A DNA stretch of 64,000 nt from Octopus sinensis (lineage: Eukaryota), in contig NC_042997.1 of assembly GCF_006345805.1 (NCBI RefSeq), forward strand, positions 6,262,001-6,326,000, given 5' to 3'. Both the position numbers and the translations under genes were made by a program. Shown here piece by piece: positions 1 to 13,556 of the stretch (positions are counted from its first letter, which is position 1; every line of letters starts with the position of its first letter). The notes under the pieces are model-generated. The model saw only the letters and a list, made by a program, of their open reading frames with translations. It searched no databases and was not told the DNA's origin.

Positions 1-383
1 TCCTTGCTTCCCTGGTTTTGGGCTTGGAGTGTTCCTTCTAGTTTGCCTGCCACTTAAGTCTTTACTAGTACAGCCTACCCGGAGCACTGGTTATTTGGAA
101 GCGCCAAATACTCAACTGTTCCCAAACTTCTGTTGGTTTCGCGAAAGATTTGGGCTTGCCCAGCGTGACTAAGGAGTCCTATCTACACCGGTTTTGAAAT
201 CAGAGTATTCCTTCTCCTAGACAGACTGCCAACCAAGGCTCCTGAGTTCTCTCTACCCGTTTTGCGAATGGCCATTGACTATTTAAATTTCCTCTGCCCT
301 TTGCCGGGTTTTGCCTTATCCCCCAGTGCGTCGAAATTCCACACTTTCACCAAGCAAGCTTAGTGGGTGGGGCTGCCGGTTAA
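1..383 (-). mobile_element. 5' UTR region of an RTE-clade LINE (continues beyond the left edge)
   Basis: The minus strand reads ...GCCTTGGTTGGCAGTCTGTCTAGGAGAAGGAATACTCTGATTTCAAAACC..., which resembles the GGCAA...CTAGGAGAAGGAAAACTCTGA motif of RTE 5' UTRs. A second degenerate copy of the motif lies near 15-55. The segment is GC-richer than its flanks. Confidence 0.5.
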
Positions 384-436
384 GTTATCATCAAATAATA
401 TTATTATTATTTGATGATAATAATAATAACGCCGCG

Positions 437-438
<2 letters not shown>

Positions 439-512
<74 letters not shown>
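439..512. repeat. (ATT)n microsatellite
   Basis: Read directly; it produces the poly-Y/poly-I ORF 311..643. Confidence 0.95.
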
Positions 513-516
<4 letters not shown>

Positions 517-1049
517 CTTATGCTTTCGCTTTGTATTTGTAAAAGTTGACTCCATGCCTCACGTAGAGACCCCAAGAGAAAATAAATTAGTAGTTCAAGC
601 TGGTGTTATGACTAAAATACCATTTTTTTGTTTGATTTTGTAAAGATTATTTTTCTACAGAATAATTATCAGAACGTAAGAAGATTAGAAGATTGTTTTA
701 ATTAAAAGAACTTTAGTGAAAGATGATAGTGTGATATTAAGATGAGAGTAGAATCTGGTTGCTATTATATACATTTAAAAGTACTTTTGAGTATGTTTAC
801 AAATTTAAATGTTTTCGGAATTATATCGACAATATTTCTCTTCGGATATGAGCAGTTTCCATGAGCACTATTTCTGTAGTATTATTTTTGTTGTTGTTGT
901 TGTGTTTTTTGTTGTTATTATTATTGGTGTAATTAAAGAGGCGAGTTGGCGCAATCATCAACTCTGGACATCGGTCTCTTCTCACAAGAAAATTCCAAAC
1001 AGCATAAATTCAATTTCATACGTGAATCGACAGATTCTAAAATAATGAA

Positions 1050-3800
1050 CTTCCACAAATCGAACAGAATTGTGAGAGCAATAAATATATAAAGACTCCA
1101 GTTTCAACTAAAACCTCTGCAAAGATTGACACAAAAGATATGCGAGTCCGTAAAATGTACACATTTAAAAAAAAAAAAATTATACTGTCACAATATGAAT
1201 GTATATACTTATTAGGAGCGAAAGCTATCGATATTCTTAAAAATGGGATAAAGAACAAAAATACAAAAAGAATATGGGCTAACAGGAAACCTAGCACAAA
1301 GAGTAGATTGCAATCAGGTAAAATAGAAATAGTTGTAAAATTAAACTTTAAAATGTTGAGAAACAATCCACAGAACCTAGCATATGTCAAACAAACGAAC
1401 AGGATAAGATCGTGCAAAAATGTTAAAATTCAGCATATTTACAAAATATTAAATTAAGTGAAATCAAAAACATTACCTCAAATACGAATAACTAGAATGT
1501 GAAAGTTCAAAATTATAAAGAAATAAACTGTGTGTATGATAGCAGCATAACAGGAGAATATTTATCTCAGAGCAATACAAAATGTACCGATGTGACAAGA
1601 CCTTTCTAATTAAAAACCTGAAAATAAAAATACTGTAACTATATATATATATATATATATACGTTAAACTGATACCGTATTCATAACGAAGCGTATGCGA
1701 ACCGAAATATCATTAGGATGCAGGAAATAATATATTCTTCAGGCACTATAATTACAATAGTGAGAAGTATGATATGATACAATCTCACTGCTAATTATTC
1801 ATTAATATTGAATTCCTATGAAATAGCACAAAGATACAAAAATAAACTGTATCTCAAACAAAGCATCTCTAAAAAATTGAAAGACACATCAAATAAAGTT
1901 TTAAAAAAAAGCAACAGCACGAAATCAAAGAAAACTTCCCTTAGACGCTGCATTTGATGCTTTGAAGGAGAAGATGCGATTGTTGAGCATAATGTAATTT
2001 GACCTTGAGCGGAAACGATCTCGTTATTAAATATGTAAACATTAAATGGGGAAAAAAGATAAAATTATTTCTGTGGCGATTATCGACACAGAAAGAACTT
2101 CCATTGAATGAGCATTTTGAGACATCTGAAACAAGCTTGAGTAAACCTCTACTCATTAGAAAAAACGATATAGACAACAGCTATAAAAAGTTTGCTTGTA
2201 ATTTGAGTTAAAATATTTAAAAAAGAGGAGCAAAAAGGAGAAATTGGAGGATCTGCAGGCAACATCAATGTGATGGTTAATTAAAGGGGAAAACAAAAAT
2301 TATTTGAATAATTTTATGAACGTTGCTGCAAAAGCTTATATAGCGCTAAAGATCAATTTCACGAGTAATTCATTGGCATAAAAAAAAAACACGATTTGAG
2401 AATATCATAGATTCAGAGACTTTATGACAATGATCCCCTTGATTCGTGATATATTAGCTATAAATAATGTCATGGAAAATAAAAGCAAGTACAAGAACAT
2501 ATATTGAATAAACACTATTCTACAAAGAGTATCACTACGCTGGTGATTATTTTGTTGCCAGACATTAACACATGTAGCCTGCATACTAAACTCGTGTTGG
2601 ATTCAATGGCTATAATTCAGAGGGCAATCAACCTTATTTTTTTTACAAAACTGAATTGTACATAAGCGTACAAAGACAGACAGAAATAGCATTTGCATAT
2701 ATACAGAATTTACAGAACTTATCGTTAAAAATGCACCATGCATTTGTTAAAATGGCATTTGATAAAATTACTAATACCATTTAAAATTCTATCAACACAA
2801 TAATTATACAACGGGACCAAACGGAGTTATATATATGGAATGTATATTACACACACATACCCATGGGAGGGTAATAGTTTGGAATTAATGTAGAAGTAGC
2901 AGAAACACAAATTAATGCGTACATGCTGATATTTTCTAGCAAATATGTGCTATTACACATCAATGATTTCGCTGTTCGAGTAATATTTTATAGTTTTACT
3001 GAAAATGTATAGTGTCGCAACTGGACAAGGGAATTAACAAGTCAATAAAGGAAAAGAAGCAATAATGATTGTATTTAGAATATTCCAACAAAATCTGATG
3101 TAGAATGATTGTATTATTTACCATGAGTACAAAGGGACATCCTGCGATTACGCAATTATCTTAAATATTCTCTGTATTTTTCGATACAATTACAATAATT
3201 TTCCGTAAAACATAATAGAAATCGCTATACAACATAAAGAAAACAAAACAAAAATGTAATTTTGTATGATGTTCAATATACAGCAGAGCCTAAGGTAACG
3301 GACAGATTTAAGAGATATAGACAGACATTATCATAAATGCATGGTAAACTAAAAGTCAACAGACAGAACATTAGGCTAAAATGGTGGAATCTGAACAAAT
3401 ACGTAATTCAAGTTTAAACTTCATTGCCAAAATTACAAGGCGTTTTATTTCAGTTGTTTCGCTTGGGAAATCGTTTGCATTTTCAAAGGTGCAATTCAAT
3501 ATTATATGATTGCATGGTAGAAAATTGCCCATCAATATAATACCTATTAGACGGTACTTACATTATCAAATAAACGCAACAACATATTATATATTGTCTA
3601 CTCTACTACAGAGACAGCATTTTATATATGCACGTCTTGCCTATTGAAACGAAATATTACATTTACGAATGTCACACTTGAATACAATTATCGGTGATAT
3701 ATTTTAACAGAAATATAAGAAATAATATGAAAATATACTGCCACGTCGAAGACACATGCTTCACCTGAACTGGGATTCAAAACGAACAGAGAAGTCATCA
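1050..3800 (+). mobile_element. Very old, heavily decayed L1/Tx1-like LINE remnant
   Basis: The plus strand is A-rich with scattered remnants resembling RT motifs (DxEKAF-like near 2675-2700, AYADD-like near 2915-2930). No intact ORF. Confidence 0.3.
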
Positions 3801-3972
3801 TGTGTTATTATAATATCTTAGCAATGGGGATTATGAGTTAATATGCATGTATCTAAGGAAAAACTTGCTATCTATAAAACTTTGAATATTAGTAATAATG
3901 TTCAAAGCAGAAAACGATCGCCAATGTGACGAAACGAGAGACTGAGCAAAGACAATATTATATTCACCTCAG

Positions 3973-4292
3973 GGCTGCGAGCTTGCAGAATCTTTAGCAC
4001 ACCGCACGGAATGCTTACCGATATTTCGTTTGCCGGTAATTCGTTCTGAGATCGAATTCCGCCGAGGTCGACTTTGCCTTCCATTCTTTCGGGGTCAATA
4101 AATTAAGTACCAGTTACGCACTGGGGTCGATATAATCTACTTAATCCGTTTGTCTGTCCTTGTTTGTCCTCTCTGTGTTTAGCCCCTTGTGGATAGTAAA
4201 GAAATAGGTAATTCGTTCTGAGATCAAATTCAGCCGGGGTCGACTTTGCCTTTCATCCTTTCGGGGTCAATTAAATAAGTCGATTAAGTACC
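3973..4292 (+). mobile_element. tRNA-derived SINE with a tandemly repeated central domain
   Basis: The core GTTCTGAGATCGAATTCCGCCGAGGTCGACTTTGCCTT.CATT/CCTTTCGGGGTC.ATAAATTAAGTACC occurs twice. The same family occurs at 24.5k, 43.0k, 45.0k, 57.5k, 58.5k and 61.4k. Confidence 0.85.
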
Positions 4293-4855
4293 AATTATAC
4301 ACCGATGTCTTATCAGCTATGCTTTTGAGACTGTACGACGTTATTTCATTCTAAATATTTCTTAATATGCTCTTTCTGTCATGCATTTAAACTGAAACAC
4401 AATTCAGTTAAATATACCGAACGGAATGCATTCTCTAATGCGTGTTCTAAGACCTAATGAAAAAATACCAGCAATGATACCACAGGAAACGTTTCAGTTT
4501 AATAGAAAAGTGTTTTCGAAAAACTTTTTCAAGTTGACAGCATTTGCTTTTAGCAACCACGCCAAAATCTTTGTATACAATATCCTGACTTTTCACAAAA
4601 GTTGGTTTTCTTTAAAAAAAAATCAAATTATGAATATAGCTGATTTTGGGTACAATATTTTCTCCACAAATGGGGAGGATTTGCGTACAATAGAAAAAAT
4701 ACAAAAGGACTCTTAGATTTTGTTGCTTTTAGGACACTCCATCAATAGAAGAGAACGACCGTAGGCCTTTTTTCGTATTTTCTCTATCGTATGCAGAAAC
4801 ATCAATCCACACTCCCTAATTCCTTAACAGATCATTCCACACGTTAAACGACATG

Positions 4856-4974
<119 letters not shown>

Positions 4975-5064
4975 GAAATATGACAAGGTAGAAAATGCTA
5001 GAATAACTTTATTATGAAGAACATTTAGTACAGGTTTCAGTCTTTGAGAGAGAGAGAGAGATGA

Positions 5065-5097
<33 letters not shown>

Positions 5098-5301
5098 CAG
5101 ACAGACAGATAAATGTAAAATGTCCCACATATTCGCAAACTATGGAAATACATTTTTAGAATGCATTTTAGTTATTTTTTCCACAATTTAATAGATTTTA
5201 ATGCTTTACCCTTATTTGAAATTGTCACAAAGATTGAAAACGGTACTAAAATGTTCTTCATGATAAAATTATTCTAGCATTTTCTACCTTGTCATATTTT
5301 C
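4975..5301. repeat. Inverted repeat of ~72 bp arms (4975-5046 / 5228-5301), probably a PLE-end-derived foldback
   Basis: GAAATATGACAAGGTAGAAAATGCTAGAATAAC...TCTTTG is the reverse complement of CAAAGATTG...TTCTAGCATTTTCTACCTTGTCATATTTTC with few mismatches. Confidence 0.85.
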
Positions 5302-5414
5302 ATTATACATATCAAATCGTATGTAATTTTTCAACCTTCTACACACACACACACATATATATGTATGTATAGACTGTATATATATATACATATATATATA
5401 TATATACAATATAA

Positions 5415-6330
5415 TTGTCGATTGGAGGACGATGGATAGCATCCAGCGCAACGCTAACTGCATCTACCGGCGTATCAATATACTGAGAGACTATTTCACT
5501 AAATATTCCAGCGATAGACACCTTGTCCTTCATACTCAAATATGGTATGGGAATATGACCAACAATGTGCAACTCTTTCATTTTTTTTCACGACTGTAGC
5601 TTCCTAATATATTATTTATAAGCACGAAACATTACCATAAAATAAAATTAACATACTTATTGCGGAATAAGTCAGGATAATGAAGAAAGTATCACCCATG
5701 TAAAAACGCTGTGTAATAAACATCATGCAACGGACGTTGAGCACCACATGTATTTCTCTGCCTAAAACCAGAGAGAAATAATGTCAGACAGATGGATGGG
5801 ATATGGAAAATTTAGTGTTATCATCTTTAAGGACGCCTGTGAAACTCAACCTAGATACCGAGGCCACCAATAGAAAAGATAATCAGCGATAAAGAAACAG
5901 AATAAGCACGATGTAGAACAAAAACATATTTCAAGTAGTAACGTTTGTAGTGTCTACGCCGTGGAATTAGCCAGCATATTTGGGAAGATTCTGAAGGAAG
6001 CTAAACTCAAAATTAATGTTCTAGAAAAACCACGGAGGGTTTGTAAGACCTACACCTTTGACAAGACCACATGCACTGATAATAATTGCATTGTATGTAA
6101 TTTGAACCTTGGTATTCACTGTAGGACCAGGAACATATTTTACTGACTAAAATACAGGAGAGTAATTTCAGGAAACGGAATACATTATACATTGGGGAGA
6201 TTACTAGGAGTTTAGCTGAGAGTTTAGCTGTCAGAGATCAACATAGCGGCCTGATGAACCGTATTAGTATCGAAATCTTGTCTAAAAGCCGATAGTCTCA
6301 TCATTAAGACACTTCAATATTATAATGGAG
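5415..6330 (+). mobile_element. Decayed Penelope-like element (RT remnants plus GIY-YIG endonuclease)
   Basis: The plus strand encodes CTDNNCIVCNLNLGIHCRTRNIFY* and then YIGEITRSLAE, paralleling CTNNYCTVC...CKARNVVY...YVGETARSIGER of the PLE at 33.2-33.9 kb. Confidence 0.7.
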
Positions 6331-7716
6331 AAATATGCTTATTAATTAGGTATGTAACAGATATTAAAAGAAAGCAATTATTAAAAGCTTGTTCCTCTGG
6401 AAATTTTCTTTATTAATTCATGTCCGAAGAAATTTCCTTTAATTTCTATTTCTGAAGTTTACTGAATATTTGAACTGCAATTTTTTTACAAACTTAAATA
6501 TTCGTTGCATTCACTGCGAAGTAGATTTAATAAACAATATTAATTCATTGCAGACGGAATTTCCGCTTTCAATTGCGACAGTCTCTCACTCTCTTTGGCC
6601 TCTATTCTCATTAATGTTAATTCAATACATATTCATTTCAATTTATTCATTTCAAGCTTTAATTCGCTATTTGTAAAAGCTACAGTCTATTCTATCTACG
6701 TGGAGTAACATATTTATTTTAAAATAGCTGTATAACTTCCAGGCAGATGTTTGATAAGATGTATATTTCTTAATATACATTCATAATAATTTTTTTTTTA
6801 ATTGAGAATTTCTTTTTTTTTTCTTGGTATGACTGCCTGGAACGCTATAATTCTGACAATAATAACTAAGTGATCGCTGCTATTTCTAGCATGCTGAACA
6901 TTGAAGTTTGTTTCAATAACAGATATAAATAATAGAAGCACAGCAACACGGCTGCAGCACACGTAGTATGTGCACGCTGTAGGCGGGAAGTTATGAGTGG
7001 TTAATGTAGGTACGTATACAGAAAATCATTAACATAAATACATGTAATAATGAAAAATTCCAGTAAACTGGTATGGACATCTACAAAATCAGGCACACAA
7101 CAACATACAACTAGAAATATACACCGACATGCACGACCAAATAAACATATGCACAAACATATGCATGCACATACATGTGCGGAACATACAAATGCCCAAA
7201 AGCACACGTAAACACACAAACATTTACCTATTCAAAAGAAAACTTGCTACACCATACACACTCACAACCACACGCCCACCCACCCTATGAATACAACCGA
7301 ACACACAGACACGTAGATACACACACACAAATGCAAACAAGCAAACCATACACTCATATTAAAAAGCGCGACAATACCACATGCAGTCACATATGTGAAC
7401 ACGCAGAAGAACGCACGCGCATAAGTAAACGCACACACATCAACATACGCACATATGTACATGCATACATACACACACAGGCATTAGGATAGTTTTCCGA
7501 CAGACATAAAGCAGATCTTGTGGGATGAAGAGCTGACTTGATGTGGTCATATTGGGCGACAAAAGTAAAGAAACAGAAGAATAATAACCGATTGATTTTC
7601 TAATAAACATATTAAACAAACCATTGAATAATTAGTTAATAAAATAAAGCAGATGTATTTGTACCAGTGCGTGGGATCAGTTATAATATTTATTGGCAAA
7701 ATGACCCTTCTTAGAC

Positions 7717-8012
<296 letters not shown>

Positions 8013-8015
8013 TAT

Positions 8016-9949
8016 CAAACCCTAAAGCTTTCTTTAAGTTTGCTAAAGAGACAGCCACCGTGCACCAGTGATTAGGACGTCTCTTCCAAAAAGATGCCTC
8101 TCTCACAGGAAATCCCACGAGGATAAGTGAAATACTGAACGAACAATTCCAAAGTGTGTTCACTACACCTCTAGGACACAGGCAAGTAAACAACCCAGAA
8201 GAATTCTTTGCCACTTTACCTGCGGCCAAAGAGGCAAAAATTTAGTACATCAACATTGAAGATGATGATATCACACTAGCCATAGATGAGATTGACAGAA
8301 ACTCAGCTGCTGGACCTGATGGATTTCCAGCGATCCTTCTGAAATCGTGCAAACGTGGCCTTGCAAAACCGCTACAGCTTCTTTTCCAGACCTTTCTTGC
8401 AAGTGGCCATCTCCCAGTCAATTTGAAAGAGGGGGTGATATGCCATATCCATAAAGGAGGTAGCAGAGCAGATGCTAAAAATTATAGGCCTATTTCTCTG
8501 ACATCAAACATCAGAAAAGTCATGGAACGAATAGTCCGCAAGAAACTAATCATGTCCCTTGAAGAAAATGACTTGCAGTCTGACACCCAGCATGGATTTC
8601 GACCAGGTAGAAGCTGCCTAACACAGCTCCTGCAACACTATGACTGGGTGTTAAAACAGCTACTATATGGCTCAAATGTGGATGTAATATATCTCGACTT
8701 TGCAAAAACCTTTGATAAAGTCGACCATGGTATGATCTGTCACAAAATGCGTGGTCTCAGCACAGGCGGAAAACTTGGAGAGTGGCTGCACAACTTCCTA
8801 AAAGACAGAAGACAGGCAGTAGTGAGCAATGGAGCCACCTCCAAAGAAACACAAATAACAAGCGGTGTTCCACAAGGCACTGTCTTGGGGCCATTTCTGT
8901 TCATATTGGCCCTTTCAGACATGCCTTTAGTTGCTACGATGGCCACCCTTGCTAGCTATGCAGATGCCACAGATGTCTCCCACACAATACAAAACTCTGA
9001 AAATATTGCGCATCTGCAACAGGAATTGGATACAATATACAGGTGGGCTGAGGACAACAACATGCAGTTTAATGCAGGTAAGTTCCAGGCCACGCGCTAC
9101 CGGCACACAAAGGTAAACGACGTGCAGACTGGATACACTGGCCCAGGAAGAATTGCAATCCCTGAGTCAAAGTCAGTGCGTGACCTGGGAATTGACATGA
9201 GCAATGATGTATCTTTCCAAGTGCATATTGCTAATCTGGTGATAAAATGCCGACGGCTAGCTGGATGGATTCTCCGAACTTTCAGAACAAGAGAGGAGGA
9301 GACACTGATGGTCCTATTGAAAACATTCGTCCTCAGCCGCTTGGACTACTGCTCCCAACTATGGTCACCACACAATATAAAACTAACAGCAGAACTTGAA
9401 GCAATTCAAAGAAGCTACACAAAGAAGATCGTCTCAATGCAAAATATCAGCTACTGGGAAAGACTGAAAGTATTAAACCTCTTCTCCCTAGAACGGAGGC
9501 GGGAGAGATATGCGGTGATATACATCTGGAAAATCCTTGAGGGTCTTGTCCCAAACTTTGGCATTCAAAGTTACCCCAACCGGAGAACGGGGCGCCACCG
9601 CATGGTGCCAAAGATTCCAACATCACCATCAATATACAGGTCCAGATACTGCAACAGCTTGGATTTCAGAGGACCGCAGCTCTTTAACATCCTCACTAAA
9701 TGCCTGAGAGACTTACATGGTGTGGATGTGGGTTTCTTTAAAACTAAACTGGATCTCTTCTTGTCGGGGGTCCCAGATGAACCTACCTCACGGCAGGAGA
9801 CACAGATGCGGGCAGCAGCATCGAACTCCCTTGTTGATCAAGTGCCACGTATCACAGGTGGATTCACATATTAGTGTAGCTCATTCAGCGGTGGTGCCCC
9901 AGCATGGCCGCGGCCTTCGGGCTAAATCATTTTTAAGGATTTAAGGATA
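8016..9949 (+). mobile_element. 5'-truncated CR1-group (CR1/L2-like) non-LTR retrotransposon
   Basis: Starts with an [10 protein letters not shown]-like linker and includes a GPDG motif, the RT ORF, a short 3' UTR with a C(UUCG)G stem-loop and a (TTTAAGGA)2 tail. It is inserted between TA/CA microsatellites. Confidence 0.92.
8423..9874 (+). pseudogene. LINE ORF2 fragment: reverse transcriptase domain and C-terminus (483 aa), catalytic motif mutated
   Basis: Contains NYRPISLTS, QHGFRPGRSC, YLDFAKTFDKVDH, SGVPQGTVLGPFLF, RDLG and LDYCSQLWSP. YADD reads YADA at 8957-8968. The upstream part is broken by a stop and frameshift, and there is no endonuclease domain. Confidence 0.9.
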
Positions 9950-10738
9950 CACACATATATGTATATATATATATAGACATTTATATACACACGCATACAC
10001 ACACACATATAGATATATAGATATATAGATAGATAGGTATAGATATAGGCACACTCAAACATATATGCATAAGTAGATACATTTACTTAGAAATATCCAT
10101 GCGCTTAGAGCTTTTGCGCGTTTGGATATCATTTTGCTTCGTGCAAGTATCGTACCCAGGCCTGCCAAACCTACTCATTAGTTAAACTATGAGAGATTAA
10201 CATAGATTAAGCAGTTAGACTCATAGTTGTTTCTTTCCTGATTTTCGTACGGCATATTTATTCACTTTAGTTTAAAATGTATGCGATTGTTTTGTTGCTG
10301 AACTTCAGAGAAAACAACTTTGAAAAATTATAGAATGATAGCATCTGTATATCTTGGATAAAATTCAATATTTTCGGAAGAGAGAAATTGAAAACTAAAT
10401 TAATCATGCAAATTTCTCTAATTATATCTGATTAGTCTATTTGCATATAAATTAGAACCAGCGTTGCTAACTCAGAGAAACATTATGTACTGCTATCTAT
10501 AGTCAATATCCTTTCAAACAAATATTCAATGTTATATCAAATTGTTCAATCTATGTTCAATATTCTAGTTCAAGCAATTTGCAATTCATTTCATTATCAG
10601 TGATTTTATACAATTTTAAGTATAAGAAGGCATCAGAAGTTCAAACAATACAATTTTTTGAATATCACTTAAATAATTCGAAACGTATTCCCTCAAACAG
10701 ATATATCGATGGTTACAGATCTATGCATACGCATCATG

Positions 10739-10790
<52 letters not shown>

Positions 10791-10829
10791 AAGGATAGAG
10801 AGAGAGACAGACAGACAGAAAAAAAGAGA

Positions 10830-11728
10830 GTCATCCCATAAAGAATGCGGTTTTTTAATTTACATCAATTCAAAGCGCAGGTGAGCAAGATAAATTACCT
10901 TCCAGCATCAGCTATAAATGCGGGTAGTAATTCTATATTGTACGTATTTTTAGTGCAAGATTTGAGGCGTGTAGTTCTATTTTAACAGTTATTTTTTAAA
11001 GCTTTAATGGAAGTGACAACGGAGCATATTCGACCTATTAGGCTTCATGAGTTCAATAAAGGCAACAACACAGCGGTTATTGCAAAAACAATTATTAGAA
11101 TTTATGGTGATCGGAGAAGATGTATAAGCCAGTGTAAACGGTGAACCGGAAACTATAGCCTAGAAAACGAGACTCGTCCTGGAAAATCTGTAGCGCTCGA
11201 CACGGACGTCCTGCAAAACCTGGTGTGACAAAATCCCATCGTAGCTGTTGAGGAAATAGCTGAGTAGGTTGAATTTGATCATTCAACAATTCATCAACAC
11301 CTGCGTCCAACTGGAAAACGACCATCATTGGTTTCAAGACGAAAGGTGTTCTTCCATTAGGATAATGTTCGGTCAAATACAGCGAGGATGACATTCCAAA
11401 GGGTTGAGCAGTTTGAATGTGAAACGGTGCACCCACCCACCATGTTCGCCAGATATAGACCCATCTGTTTAGCATTTATTCCGTAGTCTTCAAAATTATT
11501 TAGACGGAAAAAATATGAACTCTGAAGACGAGGTCAGAACATTACTGGTGGAGTAGTTTTCGTCACTGACAAACGAAATTTGGAAGAAGGGCTTACAAGT
11601 CTACCATACAGATGGACGAAATTCGTAGAAAATGATTGAGAGTATATTTTAGATTAAAAAATAATATTGTTATCATAATTTTAATAAAGAAAAAAAGTAT
11701 AAAATCTGAACTATTCATGTGATGACCC

Positions 11729-11731
<3 letters not shown>
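10830..11731 (+). mobile_element. Decayed, internally deleted mariner (Tc1/mariner) DNA transposon
   Basis: Contains the N-terminal MEVTTEHIRPIRLHEFNKGNNTA, FH*DNVRSNTA (HDNARPH-like) and HPPCSPDIDPSV*HLFRSLQN (YSPDLAPSDYHLF-like). Imperfect TIRs are GTCATCCCATAAAGAAT... and ...ATTCATGTGATGACCCATTA. Confidence 0.85.
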
Positions 11732-11781
<50 letters not shown>

Positions 11782-12503
11782 TGAAATATTTCCCCTCACA
11801 AAAGATTTTCGAAACATTTTTTCTTGTGTGTGTACATATATATTCCCCTCCGTTTACCAAAAGCTGAACAGTTATCTCCCTTGCCCACATCAACAACAAT
11901 AATAACGGTAACAAATTACCTCCCCTTACTTTTCTACTTGTGAAGTCATTCACTTGTAAATATCATCACGCACAACATGGACAAAAAATGTTTCTTAAGA
12001 AAATACATATTCAAATAAGTAAATCATAATAACATGAATAGCGAAAGCGAAACCGTTCAATATATTAAAAATTATATCACAACCATTTAAAGTGTGTGTA
12101 TTTTCCATTTTTAATTTCTTATATATATATCTGTATACACACATACATTTAATGTAGTATGTGGCTTTTTCTCATCTCACATTGATCGTTGTTAGCACCA
12201 AAGAGCAGTTGGTAAATCATTCGAATATAACTTGAGTGTGCTAGTGATGTGTGCTGCAGAATCCGAAGCGATTACACAATCTAGTACCTTAATCAAAAAC
12301 TATTATGCAAATAGAATTTTTAAACGTGATATATAACGTCAAGCATTCTGTATTCAGATTTTTTAACTCTTTTTATTTTGTTACATGTTCATTTCGATGC
12401 ATTGTGAGACAAACAATCTGTTTCATAAAGTCAAATATTCACATATCGAATTTCTGATTAAATATTCATATATCGGACATTATTATGTCGCCATGAGTTT
12501 TCC

Positions 12504-12536
<33 letters not shown>

Positions 12537-13162
12537 ATATATATAATATATATATATATATATACCGAGCCATACCATTTAGTGTAGAATAAACAGATAA
12601 TTTGTTTTGGTATCGGCAATAGATCTACGATACAATGCAATATAATTGCAGGTGTCAAACACGAAACCACTGCTCCATAACCCCACATAACTAATGCACA
12701 TCTATTACATTGTATTGTATTGCATTGTGCATCTGTTACAGGTCATCAAATAGTAAATATGAATAAATATTTTTAAATGTCCAAATTTCTTTATTTCTGA
12801 GTTATTTAACTTGGTTTCATATTTATGATATAGAGTAGTATTTCGAAACTAATTCACATGAATCATGCATAAAGAATTATCGAACAAATCCTGTCATACT
12901 GCCACTGATTTTATCGGAGTAAACGTGTTCTTTACAGTCAATAACAATGCTCATTATGCATCAGTAGAATTATGTATAAAATCATACACAAACGTACATC
13001 TGTGTATATACGCAATAAGGTAAATATATAATTGTAAACATAAACATGGAGGACTGAATTTCGTCGAATCCAATGTAAATAGTTAGTGTAATGGCGTGAA
13101 AGAATATTAGAAAAATAATATAAAACAGCTAGATACATATATACGTACATATATTCATACAT

Positions 13163-13210
<48 letters not shown>

Positions 13211-13319
13211 ATATATCGATATCTATCTATCTGTATACACACATACATATTATGCAGTATAATGACAAGATTGACAATATCTGTTACATTGCTTGAGGTA
13301 AAAGAAAACCGAAATACGA

Positions 13320-13359
<40 letters not shown>

Positions 13360-13494
13360 AAAGAAGACGGAGAGAGAAAAGAAGACGGAGAGAGAAGAGA
13401 AGAAACGGAGAGAAAAGAAGAGAGAGAGAATGAAAAGAATAAAGAAAGAGTGAGATTAAGCTTTGATTCGTGGGGTTGAAAATCTATAAGAGCA

Positions 13495-13556
13495 GGGAAA
13501 GGATTCAAAATATGAGTTGGGAAAGGATTTAAAATATGAGTTGGAAAAGGATAAAA
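13495..13556. repeat. 24-bp tandem repeat, ~2.5 copies
   Basis: Unit GGGAAAGGATT(C/T)AAAATATGAGTT. Confidence 0.8.

Noticed and set aside
6250-6280. CTGATGA...CGAAA motif; similar lone CTGATGA at 31627 and 39553
   Set aside because: No convincing stems I-III could be formed.
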